DNA of 64,000 bases from Escherichia coli 042 (GTDB lineage Bacteria > Pseudomonadota > Gammaproteobacteria > Enterobacterales > Enterobacteriaceae): the NCBI RefSeq assembly GCF_000027125.1, contig NC_017626.1; one strand, 5' to 3'. Position 1 is the first letter of the stretch. The number at the start of each line of letters is the position of its first letter. This document shows positions 1 through 10,351 of this stretch, piece by piece. The notes beneath the pieces are model-generated. The model saw nothing but the letters and a program-made list of their open reading frames with translations. It was not told where the DNA came from and searched no databases. A program made the translations under genes and the position numbers.

Positions 1-1247
1 CCGAGCACCAAAAATTCCTGCTTGATGGCTATGCCAATGAAACCTCTCTACTCCAGGAAATGACCGCACGTTATCAGTTGTGGCATCAAAGCTGCCGTGA
101 CCTCGCGCATCATCAACAGTTAAGTCAGGAACGCGCCGCCCGTGCAGAACTGCTGCAATACCAATTAAAAGAACTTAACGAATTTAATCCGCAGCCCGGA
201 GAGTTTGAGCAAATCGACGAAGAGTACAAACGTCTGGCGAACAGCGGTCAATTGCTGACTACCAGCCAGAATGCATTGGCAGTAATGGCCGACGGTGAAG
301 ACGCAAACCTGCAAAGTCAGCTTTACACGGCTAAACAACTGGTGAGCGAATTGATTGGCATGGACAGCAAACTGTCCGGCGTACTTGATATGCTGGAAGA
401 AGCTACCATCCAGATTGCTGAAGCCAGCGATGAACTGCGCCACTACTGCGATCGTCTGGATCTCGATCCCAACCGACTGTTTGAACTTGAACAGCGCATC
501 TCAAAACAGATTTCGCTGGCACGTAAACATCACGTCAGCCCTGAGGCATTGCCACAGTATTACCAGTCGCTACTGGAAGAACAGCAGCAACTGGACGATC
601 AGGCCGACTCACAAGAAACGCTCGCGCTGGCGGTAACGAAACATCATCAGCAGGCACTGGAAACGGCGCGCGCGTTACACCAGCAACGCCAGCACTATGC
701 AGAAGAACTTGCACAGCTGATCACCGACAGTATGCATGCACTCTCTATGCCACATGGGCAGTTTACGATTGATGTTAAATTTGACGAGCATCACCTGGGC
801 GCTGACGGTGCCGATCGTATTGAGTTTCGGGTAACCACCAACCCAGGTCAGCCAATGCAGCCTATTGCCAAAGTCGCATCCGGTGGTGAATTGTCACGCA
901 TCGCATTGGCAATTCAGGTCATCACGGCGCGTAAAATGGAAACCCCGGCACTGATTTTTGATGAAGTGGATGTAGGGATTAGCGGTCCAACAGCGGCAGT
1001 TGTCGGCAAACTGCTGCGTCAACTCGGCGAATCAACTCAAGTGATGTGTGTTACCCACCTGCCACAAGTCGCGGGATGTGGTCATCAACACTATTTTGTC
1101 AGCAAAGAAACCGATGGTGCGATGACAGAAACGCATATGCAATCCCTGGATAAAAAATCGCGGTTACAAGAGCTGGCGCGCCTGCTTGGTGGCAGTGAAG
1201 TCACACGTAACACACTGGCGAATGCGAAAGAACTACTTGCGGCGTAA
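1..1247 (+). CDS. recN: DNA repair protein RecN, C-terminal part (5' end outside window)
   Basis: Frame 3 is open from base 3 ([27 protein letters not shown]...) and runs into track ORF 60..1247. SMC-type signature [17 protein letters not shown] and Walker-B-like [13 protein letters not shown] are present. Synteny recN-bamE-ratBA-smpB-ssrA is typical of E. coli. Confidence 0.95.
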   Translation, partial: EHQKFLLDGYANETSLLQEMTARYQLWHQSCRDLAHHQQLSQERAARAELLQYQLKELNEFNPQPGEFEQIDEEYKRLANSGQLLTTSQNALAVMADGEDANLQSQLYTAKQLVSELIGMDSKLSGVLDMLEEATIQIAEASDELRHYCDRLDLDPNRLFELEQRISKQISLARKHHVSPEALPQYYQSLLEEQQQLDDQADSQETLALAVTKHHQQALETARALHQQRQHYAEELAQLITDSMHALSMPHGQFTIDVKFDEHHLGADGADRIEFRVTTNPGQPMQPIAKVASGGELSRIALAIQVITARKMETPALIFDEVDVGISGPTAAVVGKLLRQLGESTQVMCVTHLPQVAGCGHQHYFVSKETDGAMTETHMQSLDKKSRLQELARLLGGSEVTRNTLANAKELLAA

Positions 1248-1395
1248 ACTTTTTTCCTGCTTCACGGTCAGAGTAAACAGCAAAACGCCGTAAGACCGGA
1301 AAGCAAAAGGTTTTAAAGTGATGAAAGGTCTATTATCATCGGCATATTACAGATGAGCCACGTACTGCTCGGGCCCGAAAAGGAATCAAATCACT

Positions 1396-1737
1396 ATGCG
1401 CTGTAAAACGCTGACTGCTGCAGCAGCAGTACTATTGATGTTGACCGCAGGCTGTTCCACTCTGGAGCGAGTGGTTTACCGTCCTGACATCAACCAGGGG
1501 AACTATCTGACCGCTAACGACGTATCCAAAATACGTGTTGGCATGACGCAACAACAAGTTGCGTACGCATTGGGTACACCGCTGATGTCCGATCCATTTG
1601 GTACGAATACCTGGTTCTATGTCTTCCGCCAGCAACCAGGTCATGAAGGTGTAACGCAGCAAACGCTGACGCTGACCTTTAACAGTAGCGGAGTGTTGAC
1701 CAACATTGATAACAAACCCGCGCTGAGTGGTAACTAA
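1396..1737 (+). CDS. bamE: outer membrane assembly lipoprotein BamE (SmpA)
   Basis: 113-aa ORF with signal peptide plus lipobox ([20 protein letters not shown]|S). Sequence and position match my recollection of E. coli BamE. Confidence 0.93.
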
Positions 1738-1763
1738 TCATAAAGTTGCCCTCAAAGACGTTA

Positions 1764-1791
1764 AAAAAGGTGCTCAATGAGCACCTTTTTT
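1764..1791. terminator. bidirectional intrinsic terminator between convergent bamE and ratB
   Basis: aaaaaaGGTGCTCaatGAGCACCtttttt: a 7-bp GC stem flanked by an A-run and a T-run. Confidence 0.8.
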
Positions 1792-1798
1792 CTGTCTG

Positions 1799-2089
1799 TT
1801 ATTTATTCGCTGATTTTTCTGCTCGTTGCCTGCGCAGCTCTTTCGGATCGGCAATGAGAGGACGATAAATCTCCACCCGATCGCCATCATGCACGGTATC
1901 GCTCAGTTTGGCCGGACGGCTGTAAATGCCGACTTTGTTTTTAGTTAAATCGATATCGGTACGCAATTCCAGCAAGCCACTGGCACGAATAGCTTCTTCA
2001 ACCGTCGCACCCTCCTGCAGCGTCACGCGCTGCAGGTACTGCTTCTCAGGTAGCGCATAAGCCACCTCAACGGCAATTTTACCTGGCAC
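1799..2089 (-). CDS. ratB: RnfH/UPF0125 family protein RatB (YfjF)
   Basis: The conserved sequence starts at (V)[39 protein letters not shown]... with a GTG at 2089-2087. This overlaps the ratA stop, the usual ratA-ratB arrangement. The longer track ORF (to 2173) is probably an artefact. Confidence 0.85.
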
Positions 2090-2555
2090 TGTAAACCTCT
2101 TTCGCACGAACCGTAAAAGCCTGGACCATATTAGCCGCCAGCTCTTTAAACACGCGACCAAAGGCGAGTTCAATCAACTTATTGGTAAACTCAAAGTCGA
2201 GATGAAACTCGATACGACACGCCTCCTGGCTCAGCGGCGTAAACTTCCATCCACCGATCAATTTCTTGAACGGCCCATCCACCAGATTCATAAGAATACT
2301 TTGGTTACTGGTCAACTGGTTGCGGGTAGTAAACGTTTTGCTGATCCCAGCCTTAGAGACATCTACCGCCGCAGTCATCTGCCCAGGAGTGGACTCCAGA
2401 ATCCGACTTCCGGTACAACCCGGCAAAAACTGAGGATAAGACTGAACGTCATTCACTAACTGATACATTTGCTCCGCGCTGTAGGGTACCAGTGCGGTCC
2501 GGCTAATCTGAGGCATAACAATTTCCATCAACAAAAATCCAACAAATAATATCAT
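2079..2555 (-). CDS. ratA: ribosome association toxin RatA (YfjG), SRPBCC/START-like
   Basis: 158-aa ORF ([47 protein letters not shown]...) matching remembered E. coli RatA. It is divergent from smpB. Confidence 0.9.
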
Positions 2556-2686
2556 TTATCCTGCTGTAAAAAAAACGCTATCCCGGCGCTGGGTAACATC
2601 GGGTTCATGCTAAGATAGAGCCTTGTCCCCCGCAGGATTGATATGGGGTGTTTTCGATTTCAGATTACCGATGATTCACGACGCTT

Positions 2687-3169
2687 ATGACGAAGAAAAA
2701 AGCACATAAACCTGGTTCAGCGACCATCGCGCTTAACAAGCGCGCCCGTCACGAATACTTTATCGAAGAAGAGTTCGAAGCGGGACTTGCCCTGCAAGGC
2801 TGGGAGGTTAAATCCCTGCGCGCAGGAAAAGCCAATATCAGCGACAGCTACGTCCTTCTGCGTGACGGAGAGGCATTTCTGTTTGGCGCTAACATCACGC
2901 CAATGGCCGTGGCCTCCACGCATGTGGTGTGCGATCCTACCCGTACCCGCAAGTTACTTCTCAACCAGCGCGAACTGGACTCATTGTACGGTCGCGTCAA
3001 TCGAGAAGGCTATACCGTAGTGGCGCTCTCCCTGTACTGGAAAAATGCCTGGTGCAAAGTGAAAATCGGCGTCGCCAAAGGTAAAAAACAGCACGATAAA
3101 CGTTCAGATATCAAAGAACGCGAATGGCAGGTGGATAAAGCACGTATCATGAAAAACGCCCACCGTTAA
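2687..3169 (+). CDS. smpB: SsrA-binding protein SmpB
   Basis: 160-aa ORF ([48 protein letters not shown]...) lying directly upstream of tmRNA. Confidence 0.97.
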
Positions 3170-3383
3170 ACCTGCACTCCAATTATTGACCAATTCCTCA
3201 CCGCGCCTCCCTCTCCGGCGGCGCGAATGAACATCTTATTGGCTATCACATCCGACGAAAATGTTGCCATCCCATTGCTTAATCGAATAAAAATCAGGCT
3301 ACATGGTCGCTAAATCTTTAACGATAACGCCATTGAGGCTGGTCATGGCGCTCATAAATCTGGTATACTTACCGTTACACATT

Positions 3384-3746
3384 GGGGCTGATTCTGGATT
3401 CGACGGGATTTGCGAAACCCAAGGTGCATGCCGAGGGGCGGTTGGCCTCGTAAAAAGCCGCAAAAAATAGTCGCAAACGACGAAAACTACGCTTTAGCAG
3501 CTTAATAACCTGCTTAGAGCCCTCTCTCCCTAGCCTCCGCTCTTAGGACGGGGATCAAGAGAGGTCAAACCCAAAAGAGATCGCGTGGAAGCCCTGCCTG
3601 GGGTTGAAGCGTTAAAACTTAATCAGGCTAGTTTGTTAGTGGCGTGTCCGTCCGCAGCTGGCAAGCGAATGTAAAGACTGACTAAGCATGTAGTACCGAG
3701 GACGTAGGAATTTCGGACGCGGGTTCAACTCCCGCCAGCTCCACCA
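3384..3746 (+). ncRNA. ssrA: tmRNA (SsrA), 363 nt
   Basis: Starts GGGGCTGATTCTGGATTCGACGGGATTTGCG. It contains the tag reading frame gcaaacgacgaaaactacgctttagcagcttaa (ANDENYALAA*). It ends in the tRNA-like T-arm cgcgggttcaactcccgccagctccacca. Confidence 0.98.
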
Positions 3747-3780
3747 CTTTTTAGTAAAACAAAGTCTACTAAAGACTATC

Positions 3781-3813
3781 AAGGCCGCACCTCACAAGGG
3801 TTGCGGCCTTTTT
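3781..3813 (+). terminator. intrinsic terminator downstream of ssrA
   Basis: aaGGCCGCAcctcacaagggtTGCGGCCttttt: a GC stem followed by a T-run about 35 nt after the tmRNA 3' end. Confidence 0.7.
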
Positions 3814-3858
3814 CATGTCTAGCAGAGTCTACTGAGAATTGCTAGAAGCTACGCATTA

Positions 3859-3911
3859 TGGGACCCTTATATGGACCCACCGACTGGGTCCAATAATTTG
3901 AGGGTCCAATA
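3859..3911. promoter_or_regulatory. cluster of GGACCC/GGGTCC motifs immediately upstream of int (possible Int/Xis or autoregulatory sites)
   Basis: tGGGACCC (3859-3866). Inverted pair TGGACCCAccgacTGGGTCCA (3872-3892). Direct repeat GGGTCCAAT at 3886-3894 and 3902-3910, ending 3 nt before the int ATG. Confidence 0.3.
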
Positions 3912-3912
3912 C

Positions 3913-5142
3913 ATGGCAAGGCAGACTAAAAAACTCACAGACACTGAAATCAAAAACACCAAACCAGCAGACAAAGAGATCAATCTCTTCGATGGTGATG
4001 GGCTACTGCTACGAATCGCTCCTTCATCAAAAGGAGGGAAGAAGAACTGGTATCTCAGATATCCAGTGCCAGTAACCAAGAAGCGCACCAAGATGAGCTT
4101 GGGTACCTACCCTCACCTCTCATTAGCAAAGGCAAGAGCTTTGCGTGATGAATACCTGTCGTTACTTGCTAATGGTGTTGACCCTCAAGTCCACATCACT
4201 GAAAAAACTAATGCTCTGAAAGATGCCACGGAGCACACGCTACAAGCAGTTTCTCGAAAGTGGTTAGATGAGAAAATTAAGACTTCTGGCATCTCTCTAG
4301 ACCATGCAGAAGATATCTGGCGCAGCCTCGAAAAAAACATCTTTTCAACTCTGGGTGATGTTCCTATCAAAGAGATCCGCCCCAAAATGCTCAAGCAGCA
4401 TCTTGACCCAATTGAGCAGCGCGGTGTTCTCGAAACTCTACGTCGTATAATTTCCAGACTGAATGAAATCTTTCGCTATGCTGCCACGGAAGAGCTTATA
4501 GAGTTCAATCCTGCCGACAATCTCGCTCAGCGTTTCAGTAAACCTAAGAAGCAAAACATGCCTGCCCTTCCACCTGATGAGCTACCACGCTTCATGGTTG
4601 CTTTATCTAACGCATCTATACGGTTAGAAACCCGTATGCTGATCGAGTGGCAATTGTTGACGTGGGTAAGGCCCGGTGAAGCCGTTCGGGCAAGATGGTG
4701 TGATATTGATGAAGAGAGCAGATTTTGGAATATCCCTTCAGAATTCATGAAAATGAAACGCCCACATAAGGTTCCATTGAGTAAAGAAGCTCTCCGCATT
4801 TTAGAAAACATGCGCCCTATCAGTGGTCATAGAGAATGGGTTTTCCCCAGCATCAAAGCTCCCCTCAGTCATATGCATGAACAAACAGCTAATGCAGCCA
4901 TAATTCGTATGGGGTTTGGCGGAGAGCTTGTTGCTCATGGTATGAGATCTATTGCAAGGACAGCAGCCGAAGAATACGGTAAGTTTAGAACGGAGGTGCT
5001 TGAATCCGCTCTGGCTCATACTAAAAAAGATGAAATAATAGCCGCGTATAACCGTTCGGAATACCTAGTTGAAAGAGAAGAACTAATGAAATGGTGGGGG
5101 GATTATGTCAGCAGCAAAAAATATAAGATGATGGCAGCATAA
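3913..5142 (+). CDS. P4-type tyrosine recombinase/integrase
   Basis: The N-terminus MARQTKKLTDTEIKNTKPADKEINLFDGDGLLLRIAPSSKGGKKNWYLRY is the typical P4/IntA-family arm-binding domain. The C-terminal catalytic region has ...VAHGMRSIARTAAEE... and ...ALAHTKKDEIIAAYNRSEY (R..HxxR..Y pattern). ATG 3913 is preferred over the track start 3871. Confidence 0.9.
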   Translation: MARQTKKLTDTEIKNTKPADKEINLFDGDGLLLRIAPSSKGGKKNWYLRYPVPVTKKRTKMSLGTYPHLSLAKARALRDEYLSLLANGVDPQVHITEKTNALKDATEHTLQAVSRKWLDEKIKTSGISLDHAEDIWRSLEKNIFSTLGDVPIKEIRPKMLKQHLDPIEQRGVLETLRRIISRLNEIFRYAATEELIEFNPADNLAQRFSKPKKQNMPALPPDELPRFMVALSNASIRLETRMLIEWQLLTWVRPGEAVRARWCDIDEESRFWNIPSEFMKMKRPHKVPLSKEALRILENMRPISGHREWVFPSIKAPLSHMHEQTANAAIIRMGFGGELVAHGMRSIARTAAEEYGKFRTEVLESALAHTKKDEIIAAYNRSEYLVEREELMKWWGDYVSSKKYKMMAA

Positions 5143-5163
5143 ATAAATTTTAATCATATAATT

Positions 5164-6501
5164 ATGACACAGCATAAGGTGAAAGTAATGAGAATATCAA
5201 AAACATTAGAATCATTATTTACATTTCTAAAGGAAAAAGAGCAGAAAGGTCAACTATTCAATAAAGAGGCTATACTCACAGCCACCGGTTGGAAAGCGGC
5301 TACATTTAGAACTTATTGGGTTAAAGGGCAGTTATCTGACTTTATTAGCGCAATTGATGAAGATACATTTGAGGCATCAAACTGTCAAAACATCTCAGTT
5401 ATAGAGTTTTCGAAACTATTATCTCAAAGTAAGCATAGAAGAGGGTTAGGTCATAATTGCCAGTCGAAACTAGCAAAAGCATTATTAACAAAATCTAGAG
5501 ATAATATGATGCTTGCTCTTGAATTATATAATAGACCTTCAATTGAGAATAGAATGGATGCATTTGTAATGTGTTTTTGCACTTCATGGGAACAATTATT
5601 AAAAGCTATTTTGATTGAAAAAAATGGTGAAGAGTCAATTTTCAAAAAAGAAAACAAGCGAGGATTCAGAGAAACTATTTCACTAAGAGACTGCTTAGAA
5701 AAAACATTCCCATCGAATTCAAAGGTAAGAAATAATATAGAACAAATAACAGTTTTCAGAGATCAGGCTGTACACCTTTTAATGCCAGAAATACAAGGGA
5801 TAGCCTCAAGGATATTTCAGTCTGGCGTTCTTAATTATTCATCATATTTTGAAAAATTCACAGAGGTTTCTTTTCTCAATAACAATAGCACAGGAATGAT
5901 ATCCTTGGTAGGTGAGTTTAGAACACCGCCAATATCCGTACTGAAATCCATTTATGGAGAAGTAGCGACTGATATATTAGACTTAGCAACAACTCTTCAG
6001 CAAGAAGTTGATGATAAAAATGACATAGAGTATGCAATTCCCTTAAATGTAAAACTTGTTTTTGCGACATCAGATGATGATGGGAATACCATAACCTTAG
6101 CTAAAGCTGATGAGGGAATCGAGGGGCTTAAGAAGGCTCTAATTATAGAAAAACCAGTAGATAGATCAAGAACACATCCGTATTTGCAGAAGGATGCCAT
6201 TGAGCATATAAATGAAAAAATCTACGAACTTTATAGTATAGAAAAGATAGAAAAGCATTTAGTATTCAAAGATAACAAAACAGGAAAGAAAGCGATAAAT
6301 AAAAATTGCTTTGATGCTGTTATTTGTAAGAACGGATGGAAAAAATCAAATAATAAATATCATCACAAAAACAATAATCCAGAATACCACTATTATTCAC
6401 CAGCATTAGTAGATGAATTTGTCAAGAAAGCTATGACAAACGAAGATTATCTAATGAATACAAAAAAATGGTATAATGCCAGAAGAAGTAAGAAAAAGTG
6501 A
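5164..6501 (+). CDS. DUF3644-like protein (hypothetical; candidate defence/abortive-infection-associated)
   Basis: 445-aa ORF, very AT-rich. The central segment MMLALELYNRPSIENRMDAFVMCFCTSWEQLLKAILIEKNG...ISLRDCLEKTF...VRNNIEQITVFRDQAVH resembles the DUF3644 pattern as I remember it. ATG 5188 (SD aaggtg) is an alternative start. Confidence 0.6.
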   Translation: MTQHKVKVMRISKTLESLFTFLKEKEQKGQLFNKEAILTATGWKAATFRTYWVKGQLSDFISAIDEDTFEASNCQNISVIEFSKLLSQSKHRRGLGHNCQSKLAKALLTKSRDNMMLALELYNRPSIENRMDAFVMCFCTSWEQLLKAILIEKNGEESIFKKENKRGFRETISLRDCLEKTFPSNSKVRNNIEQITVFRDQAVHLLMPEIQGIASRIFQSGVLNYSSYFEKFTEVSFLNNNSTGMISLVGEFRTPPISVLKSIYGEVATDILDLATTLQQEVDDKNDIEYAIPLNVKLVFATSDDDGNTITLAKADEGIEGLKKALIIEKPVDRSRTHPYLQKDAIEHINEKIYELYSIEKIEKHLVFKDNKTGKKAINKNCFDAVICKNGWKKSNNKYHHKNNNPEYHYYSPALVDEFVKKAMTNEDYLMNTKKWYNARRSKKK

Positions 6502-6835
6502 TGAATAGTGAAACTATGAACAGTACATATCATTTATAAGTGTGCTGTTCATAGTAATTCACAGAACATACTGATTAATTTTATTTTTTCCTAAAACCGG
6601 AAGAAAATAAACCAGTGAAATATTCTTTACATTTAAAATTCGGAGGCCACGGAAATATAAAATCTAATATTAATTACTAATTATATTTATAAAAGGTCTG
6701 CCTCTGACCATTTGAAATGAAAAACAAATCCCAATAATATAGAAAAAAATATCTGATATAATAATTTTGTAGATAAAATAGGCCTATATAAAAACATATC
6801 TTTAATTCCCCCCTTAAAAAGAGGGGCAAATACTG

Positions 6836-7882
6836 TCATTCCTCAAATCTATATAACGCGCCATCAAGATATTCTTCAACAGTATCTATACCGATCCATC
6901 TTCGGTTCAAACTCTCAGCTACAGCACCGGCAGTCATCGACCCACCAAATGGATCAAGAACTAAATCCCCTTCATCTGTAAGCATTTTAATGAAGAATTC
7001 AGGAAGCTGCATAGGGAAACGCGCAGGATGAATTTTGATACCATTAGCTTTACATTTTTTTGTATAAACGTCATTAGCTGCATTATTACCCATTTTCAAT
7101 ACATCAGACGGTGTTTCATCATCAATAAAATTAGGTGGGATAGACCCTCCATTATGGGTTTTATCAAAAGATTCATTAATATTATGTCCTGATGGTCGAA
7201 CAGTAGTTTTAACACCTTTTGCTGCAAGCCGAAGCATGTCCTTGCTATAAGGACGAAGCACTTTTTTATTACTTGCTTTTGGGTGTGGCCCTTTACTAAA
7301 CCAGAAAACATACTCTACAGAATCCTTCACTCGGACTCGTTTGACTGTAACCCATTGAGCAGGTACAGGCATCTTTGCAGGGTTGTACCAGAAAGTCTCT
7401 TGCGCTAGTCTGAATCCTACTTCCTCAACTAAAGCAATAACTAACTTAAAATGATAGATAGATCTAGTTGGCTCACCGGGATTCCAAGAGCCCCCGATGT
7501 TCAAAACGAAACTGCCATCTTCTGTCAGTATCCTTTTGATTTCTTTCGCAAAATCAACAAACCACTCAACGTAGTCCTTCTGACAGACATTACCATATTC
7601 TTTCTTAAAATGAAGTGCATATGGTGGAGATGTGAAGACTAAGTTAACCGAGTTATCAGGTATTGACTTCATCACGTCTAACGAATCGGCGTGGAAGATC
7701 GAACCCAAGTTAGATTCGTAAAACGGTTCAAACCCGTTGACTAACTTTGTAGTTGAATTTTTCTCTTTTGATGAAAAGTCAAGCGTTTTTTGAATAGTCA
7801 CAACAATAAATCTCGAAATGGGCAATCGGATTGCATTGTTGCGTACATAACACAAGGGATCAAGTACAGATGAACCAACCAC
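6836..7882 (-). CDS. beta-class DNA methyltransferase (N4-cytosine or N6-adenine), type II RM
   Basis: Motif IV VFTSPPY lies near the N-terminus. The AdoMet motif [17 protein letters not shown] lies near the C-terminus, which is the beta-class order. The first codon of the maximal ORF is GTG and the true start is unresolved (no ATG before residue 71). Confidence 0.85.
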   Translation of the reverse strand: MVGSSVLDPLCYVRNNAIRLPISRFIVVTIQKTLDFSSKEKNSTTKLVNGFEPFYESNLGSIFHADSLDVMKSIPDNSVNLVFTSPPYALHFKKEYGNVCQKDYVEWFVDFAKEIKRILTEDGSFVLNIGGSWNPGEPTRSIYHFKLVIALVEEVGFRLAQETFWYNPAKMPVPAQWVTVKRVRVKDSVEYVFWFSKGPHPKASNKKVLRPYSKDMLRLAAKGVKTTVRPSGHNINESFDKTHNGGSIPPNFIDDETPSDVLKMGNNAANDVYTKKCKANGIKIHPARFPMQLPEFFIKMLTDEGDLVLDPFGGSMTAGAVAESLNRRWIGIDTVEEYLDGALYRFEE

Positions 7883-8559
7883 AGGACTTTACAGCTCTTC
7901 TTAACAGCTTAACTCCTCAAGAGCAGCAAATGCTTTTCACGCAACTTCGCGGAAGAATTCCCATCCATCCTCTTGAACAGCAATGGAATATTACAGCAGA
8001 ATTCATTTTAGAAGCCATTGCGCGAAGCCAAGATATCACGAAACGAGGCGTAAGAGGAATCATTGCAGAGCTATGTTTCGATACATATATCATAGGTGCA
8101 ATGAAACATAAGGGCTGGATACAACATCAACTTTTTGGAGATTTACCCTATGATGCACTGATTTCTCATCCTCATGTCGGGGAAATAAAAATACAAACTA
8201 AAAACCAACGACTTGAACGTGGAGTCCCAAAATACGCAAATGGACCAATGATAAAATTCAATCCATATGTCGAAGGTTGGTATGTTTGCGAAACACAGAA
8301 AACGAGGACAGGAAAAAATGCGGAAGGGTTAGATACGAGGCCATATAGATTTGGTGAGTTTGATATACTATCAGTTTGCCTCCATCCGTCATCGGGTGAT
8401 TGGACACGATTCATGTTTTGCCCTGCATATACACTAATGCCAAGAGCGACAAATCCTGAACTAATTGCTGTTTTACAACCAGTACCACCTACACGACAAG
8501 GAAATTGGACTGATAATCTTGAGGAAGCGATTGAATGGCATTTGAACCGTAATCGTTAA
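7870..8559 (+). CDS. putative type II restriction endonuclease (PD-(D/E)xK-like)
   Basis: Divergent from, and abutting, the methyltransferase. The candidate catalytic motif is LPYD(106)[10 protein letters not shown](117)IK(119)IQTK. No recognisable family beyond this. ATG 7870 is the first ATG (the track ORF starts at TTG 7831). Confidence 0.55.
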   Translation: MNQPQDFTALLNSLTPQEQQMLFTQLRGRIPIHPLEQQWNITAEFILEAIARSQDITKRGVRGIIAELCFDTYIIGAMKHKGWIQHQLFGDLPYDALISHPHVGEIKIQTKNQRLERGVPKYANGPMIKFNPYVEGWYVCETQKTRTGKNAEGLDTRPYRFGEFDILSVCLHPSSGDWTRFMFCPAYTLMPRATNPELIAVLQPVPPTRQGNWTDNLEEAIEWHLNRNR

Positions 8560-8595
8560 AAACGGGGAATATAGCCAACTATATCTATAATATTA

Positions 8596-8615
8596 AAAGG
8601 GCCTTACGGCCCTTT
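8596..8615 (+). terminator. intrinsic terminator after the nuclease gene
   Basis: aaaGGGCCttacGGCCCtttcgtttt, 37 nt after the stop at 8559. Confidence 0.7.
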
Positions 8616-8619
8616 CGTT

Positions 8620-8720
8620 TTCCCTTAAAGGGAACTCTCCCTTGGAGAGAATACATATCCCCACACTTGGGGCAAATCAATCAGCCCATTGGGCTGTACA
8701 CCACTCCCCATACATGGGGC
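8620..8720. repeat. array of five further mini-hairpins (5-6 bp stems, 3-4 nt loops)
   Basis: TTCCCTtaaAGGGAA (8620-8634). CTCTCCcttGGAGAG (8635-8649). CCCCAcactTGGGG (8659-8672). CAGCCCattGGGCTG (8682-8696). CCCCAtacaTGGGG (8706-8719). The two CCCCA hairpins share the 3' flank GCAA(A)TCA. Confidence 0.6.
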
Positions 8721-9204
8721 AATCAGACACTTCCTGAAGTGAATATCCTCAAGGAACCATTATTAAATATAATATTAAATGTAGATTGTCAAATATATTT
8801 GAATATTTATTAAAAATATATTCACAACGACCAATCACAAATAAATTTAATCCCCCATAAATAATTAGAGGATCAAACCAAGTTCCTGATGCCTTATCTC
8901 TTTTATATCTCATGGTATATGTCTGAATGTCAAAACATGGTATATAACAACCAGAGAGCATTTTTATAGGCTGCTATTATCTGACACTCCTTTCCCCGTT
9001 GCTGTTTCCTATAAAAGAGCCAGAGATAGATAATAGCATTTTTATTTCTATCTTATTCACTCTGGATCGCTCGGCTCACAGCTTATTGGGGCGCTCGGAA
9101 CATCAACATAGGATAAAATACCTACCATTTAAATAAATCATAAGATTATACATGTCAAGATAAAGCATGAAATTATATATAGGTTTATCACGGCTATAGA
9201 TACT

Positions 9205-9516
9205 TCACTCCTGCCTCCCAATCATATCCCCAAGAAACCTTTTTCCTCGTAATTTTAATCTTGCTTTATCTTCAATGCTAATATTCGATAATTGTAATAT
9301 CAGTCCTAATATTAACTCCTTATCTACCTCTTCTACTTTACAGCCCATAGCTTTAGCTACCTCAGCACCAAGGATGATCTTCAAGCGTGTCTCTGCGCTC
9401 TTGGATAGAGATTTTTCTTTACTCTTAAGGCGATTCAGACGCATTTGAGCTGATGCTATTTTTTGCTTAATGGTTTTTTCTGATCTCGGCTTTCTACCTT
9501 TATCATCCGTATTCAT
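9205..9516 (-). CDS. TraD-like conjugal transfer / relaxosome accessory protein
   Basis: 103-aa basic protein. ...ETRLKIILGAEVAKAMGCKVEEVDKELILGLILQLSNISIEDKARLKLRGKRFL resembles the small Ti-type TraD family pattern (K-I-x-LG..V.KA.G ... LlG.LL.L). It is divergent from the relaxase gene across an 835-bp hairpin-rich spacer. Confidence 0.5.
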   Translation of the reverse strand: MNTDDKGRKPRSEKTIKQKIASAQMRLNRLKSKEKSLSKSAETRLKIILGAEVAKAMGCKVEEVDKELILGLILQLSNISIEDKARLKLRGKRFLGDMIGRQE

Positions 9517-9621
9517 AATTACTTTTCCTTCTAGTTGTCAAAAACATGGAATACAATTAAAAAAGGAAAAGGTCAAACCATAGGCAGAAGGTTGAATACT
9601 TTTTATTCCAGATTAAATAAC

Positions 9622-9695
9622 GCAGCGCGAGATGATTGTTCAAAACAATCACATTGCTGGAACAGGGTTCATCCCTGTTAATGATAGGATTCATC
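9622..9695 (+). repeat. twin-hairpin element copy R1 (candidate oriT/recombination site)
   Basis: gcagcgcgagaTGATTGTTcaaAACAATCAcattgctggAACAGGGttcatCCCTGTTaatgataggattcatc. It is repeated at 24950-25023, with 3 substitutions plus 1 indel over the 62-63 nt core. Confidence 0.85.
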
Positions 9696-9937
9696 TCAAA
9701 AAATGATGTTTTGGTTTTAAAAATATGATATTAGTAAGCTCAAAATAAAAACATGCAACACATACGAATGCAGTCACTAACATTAATTACCTGATACTCT
9801 CCGCGTTACTTATTTTATTGAATCAATGAAAACAATTTTACCTCTTGCTTTTTGACTCTGATTTCTGGTCTTAACCTGTGAATTGTGCAACACATAAAAG
9901 TATTTATAATTTTCACTATTTATTTTAAATTCTGCTT

Positions 9938-10276
9938 TCCCGCCTTACGGCGAGAGACTAATTTAACTACTTTTGCCCTTACGGGCGTTTTCTAAACACC
10001 AGAATCCAATATTATTATCCTACCTCAACCGTTTATCCGATTCCTACCTTTTTAATTTCACAGTCTGTAAAACTAGAGCTATTATTTAACTATAGAAAAA
10101 CATAAAACATTGTCGTTATTTTTAGCTCCTTTAGGAGATATAAAAATAAAGCAATGCCCACCTATACACTGCTACGCAGTGTGTGGGGTCTACCGACGGT
10201 TGCCTGCCGCAGGCTAACACCGTTTCCTTCGGAAACAAGGTCAACGTCAACACCAGAGTTTTTCTTACGAAAAACT
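9938..10276. other. hairpin-rich region upstream of the relaxase gene (candidate oriT / ssDNA-structure region)
   Basis: CGCCttacGGCG (9941-9952). GCCCttacGGGC (9975-9986). ACACTGCtacGCAGTGT (10166-10182). Nested ACGGT-tGCCTGccgCAGGCtaac-ACCGT (10196-10223). GTTTCCttcGGAAAC (10222-10236). AGTTTTTCttacGAAAAACT (10257-10276). The TTAC loop recurs. Confidence 0.45.
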
Positions 10277-10351
10277 AAAACCAGCTGAGTCGTATTGGAG
10301 ATTTATATTTTGGTTTGATATTTAAATTTATTTTGAGGTTGTTTTTATTAT

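Noticed and set aside
165-636. Track ORFs 165..443(-) and 355..636(+) inside recN
   Set aside because: They overlap the well-supported recN frame, have no RBS or recognisable motifs, and are typical shadow ORFs.
8596-8720. Regularly spaced short palindromes that might have been a miniature CRISPR-like array
   Set aside because: The stems all differ in sequence (no constant repeat). Units are only 14-15 nt with about 8-10 nt between them. No cas genes or leader are present. Kept only as a hairpin-array observation.
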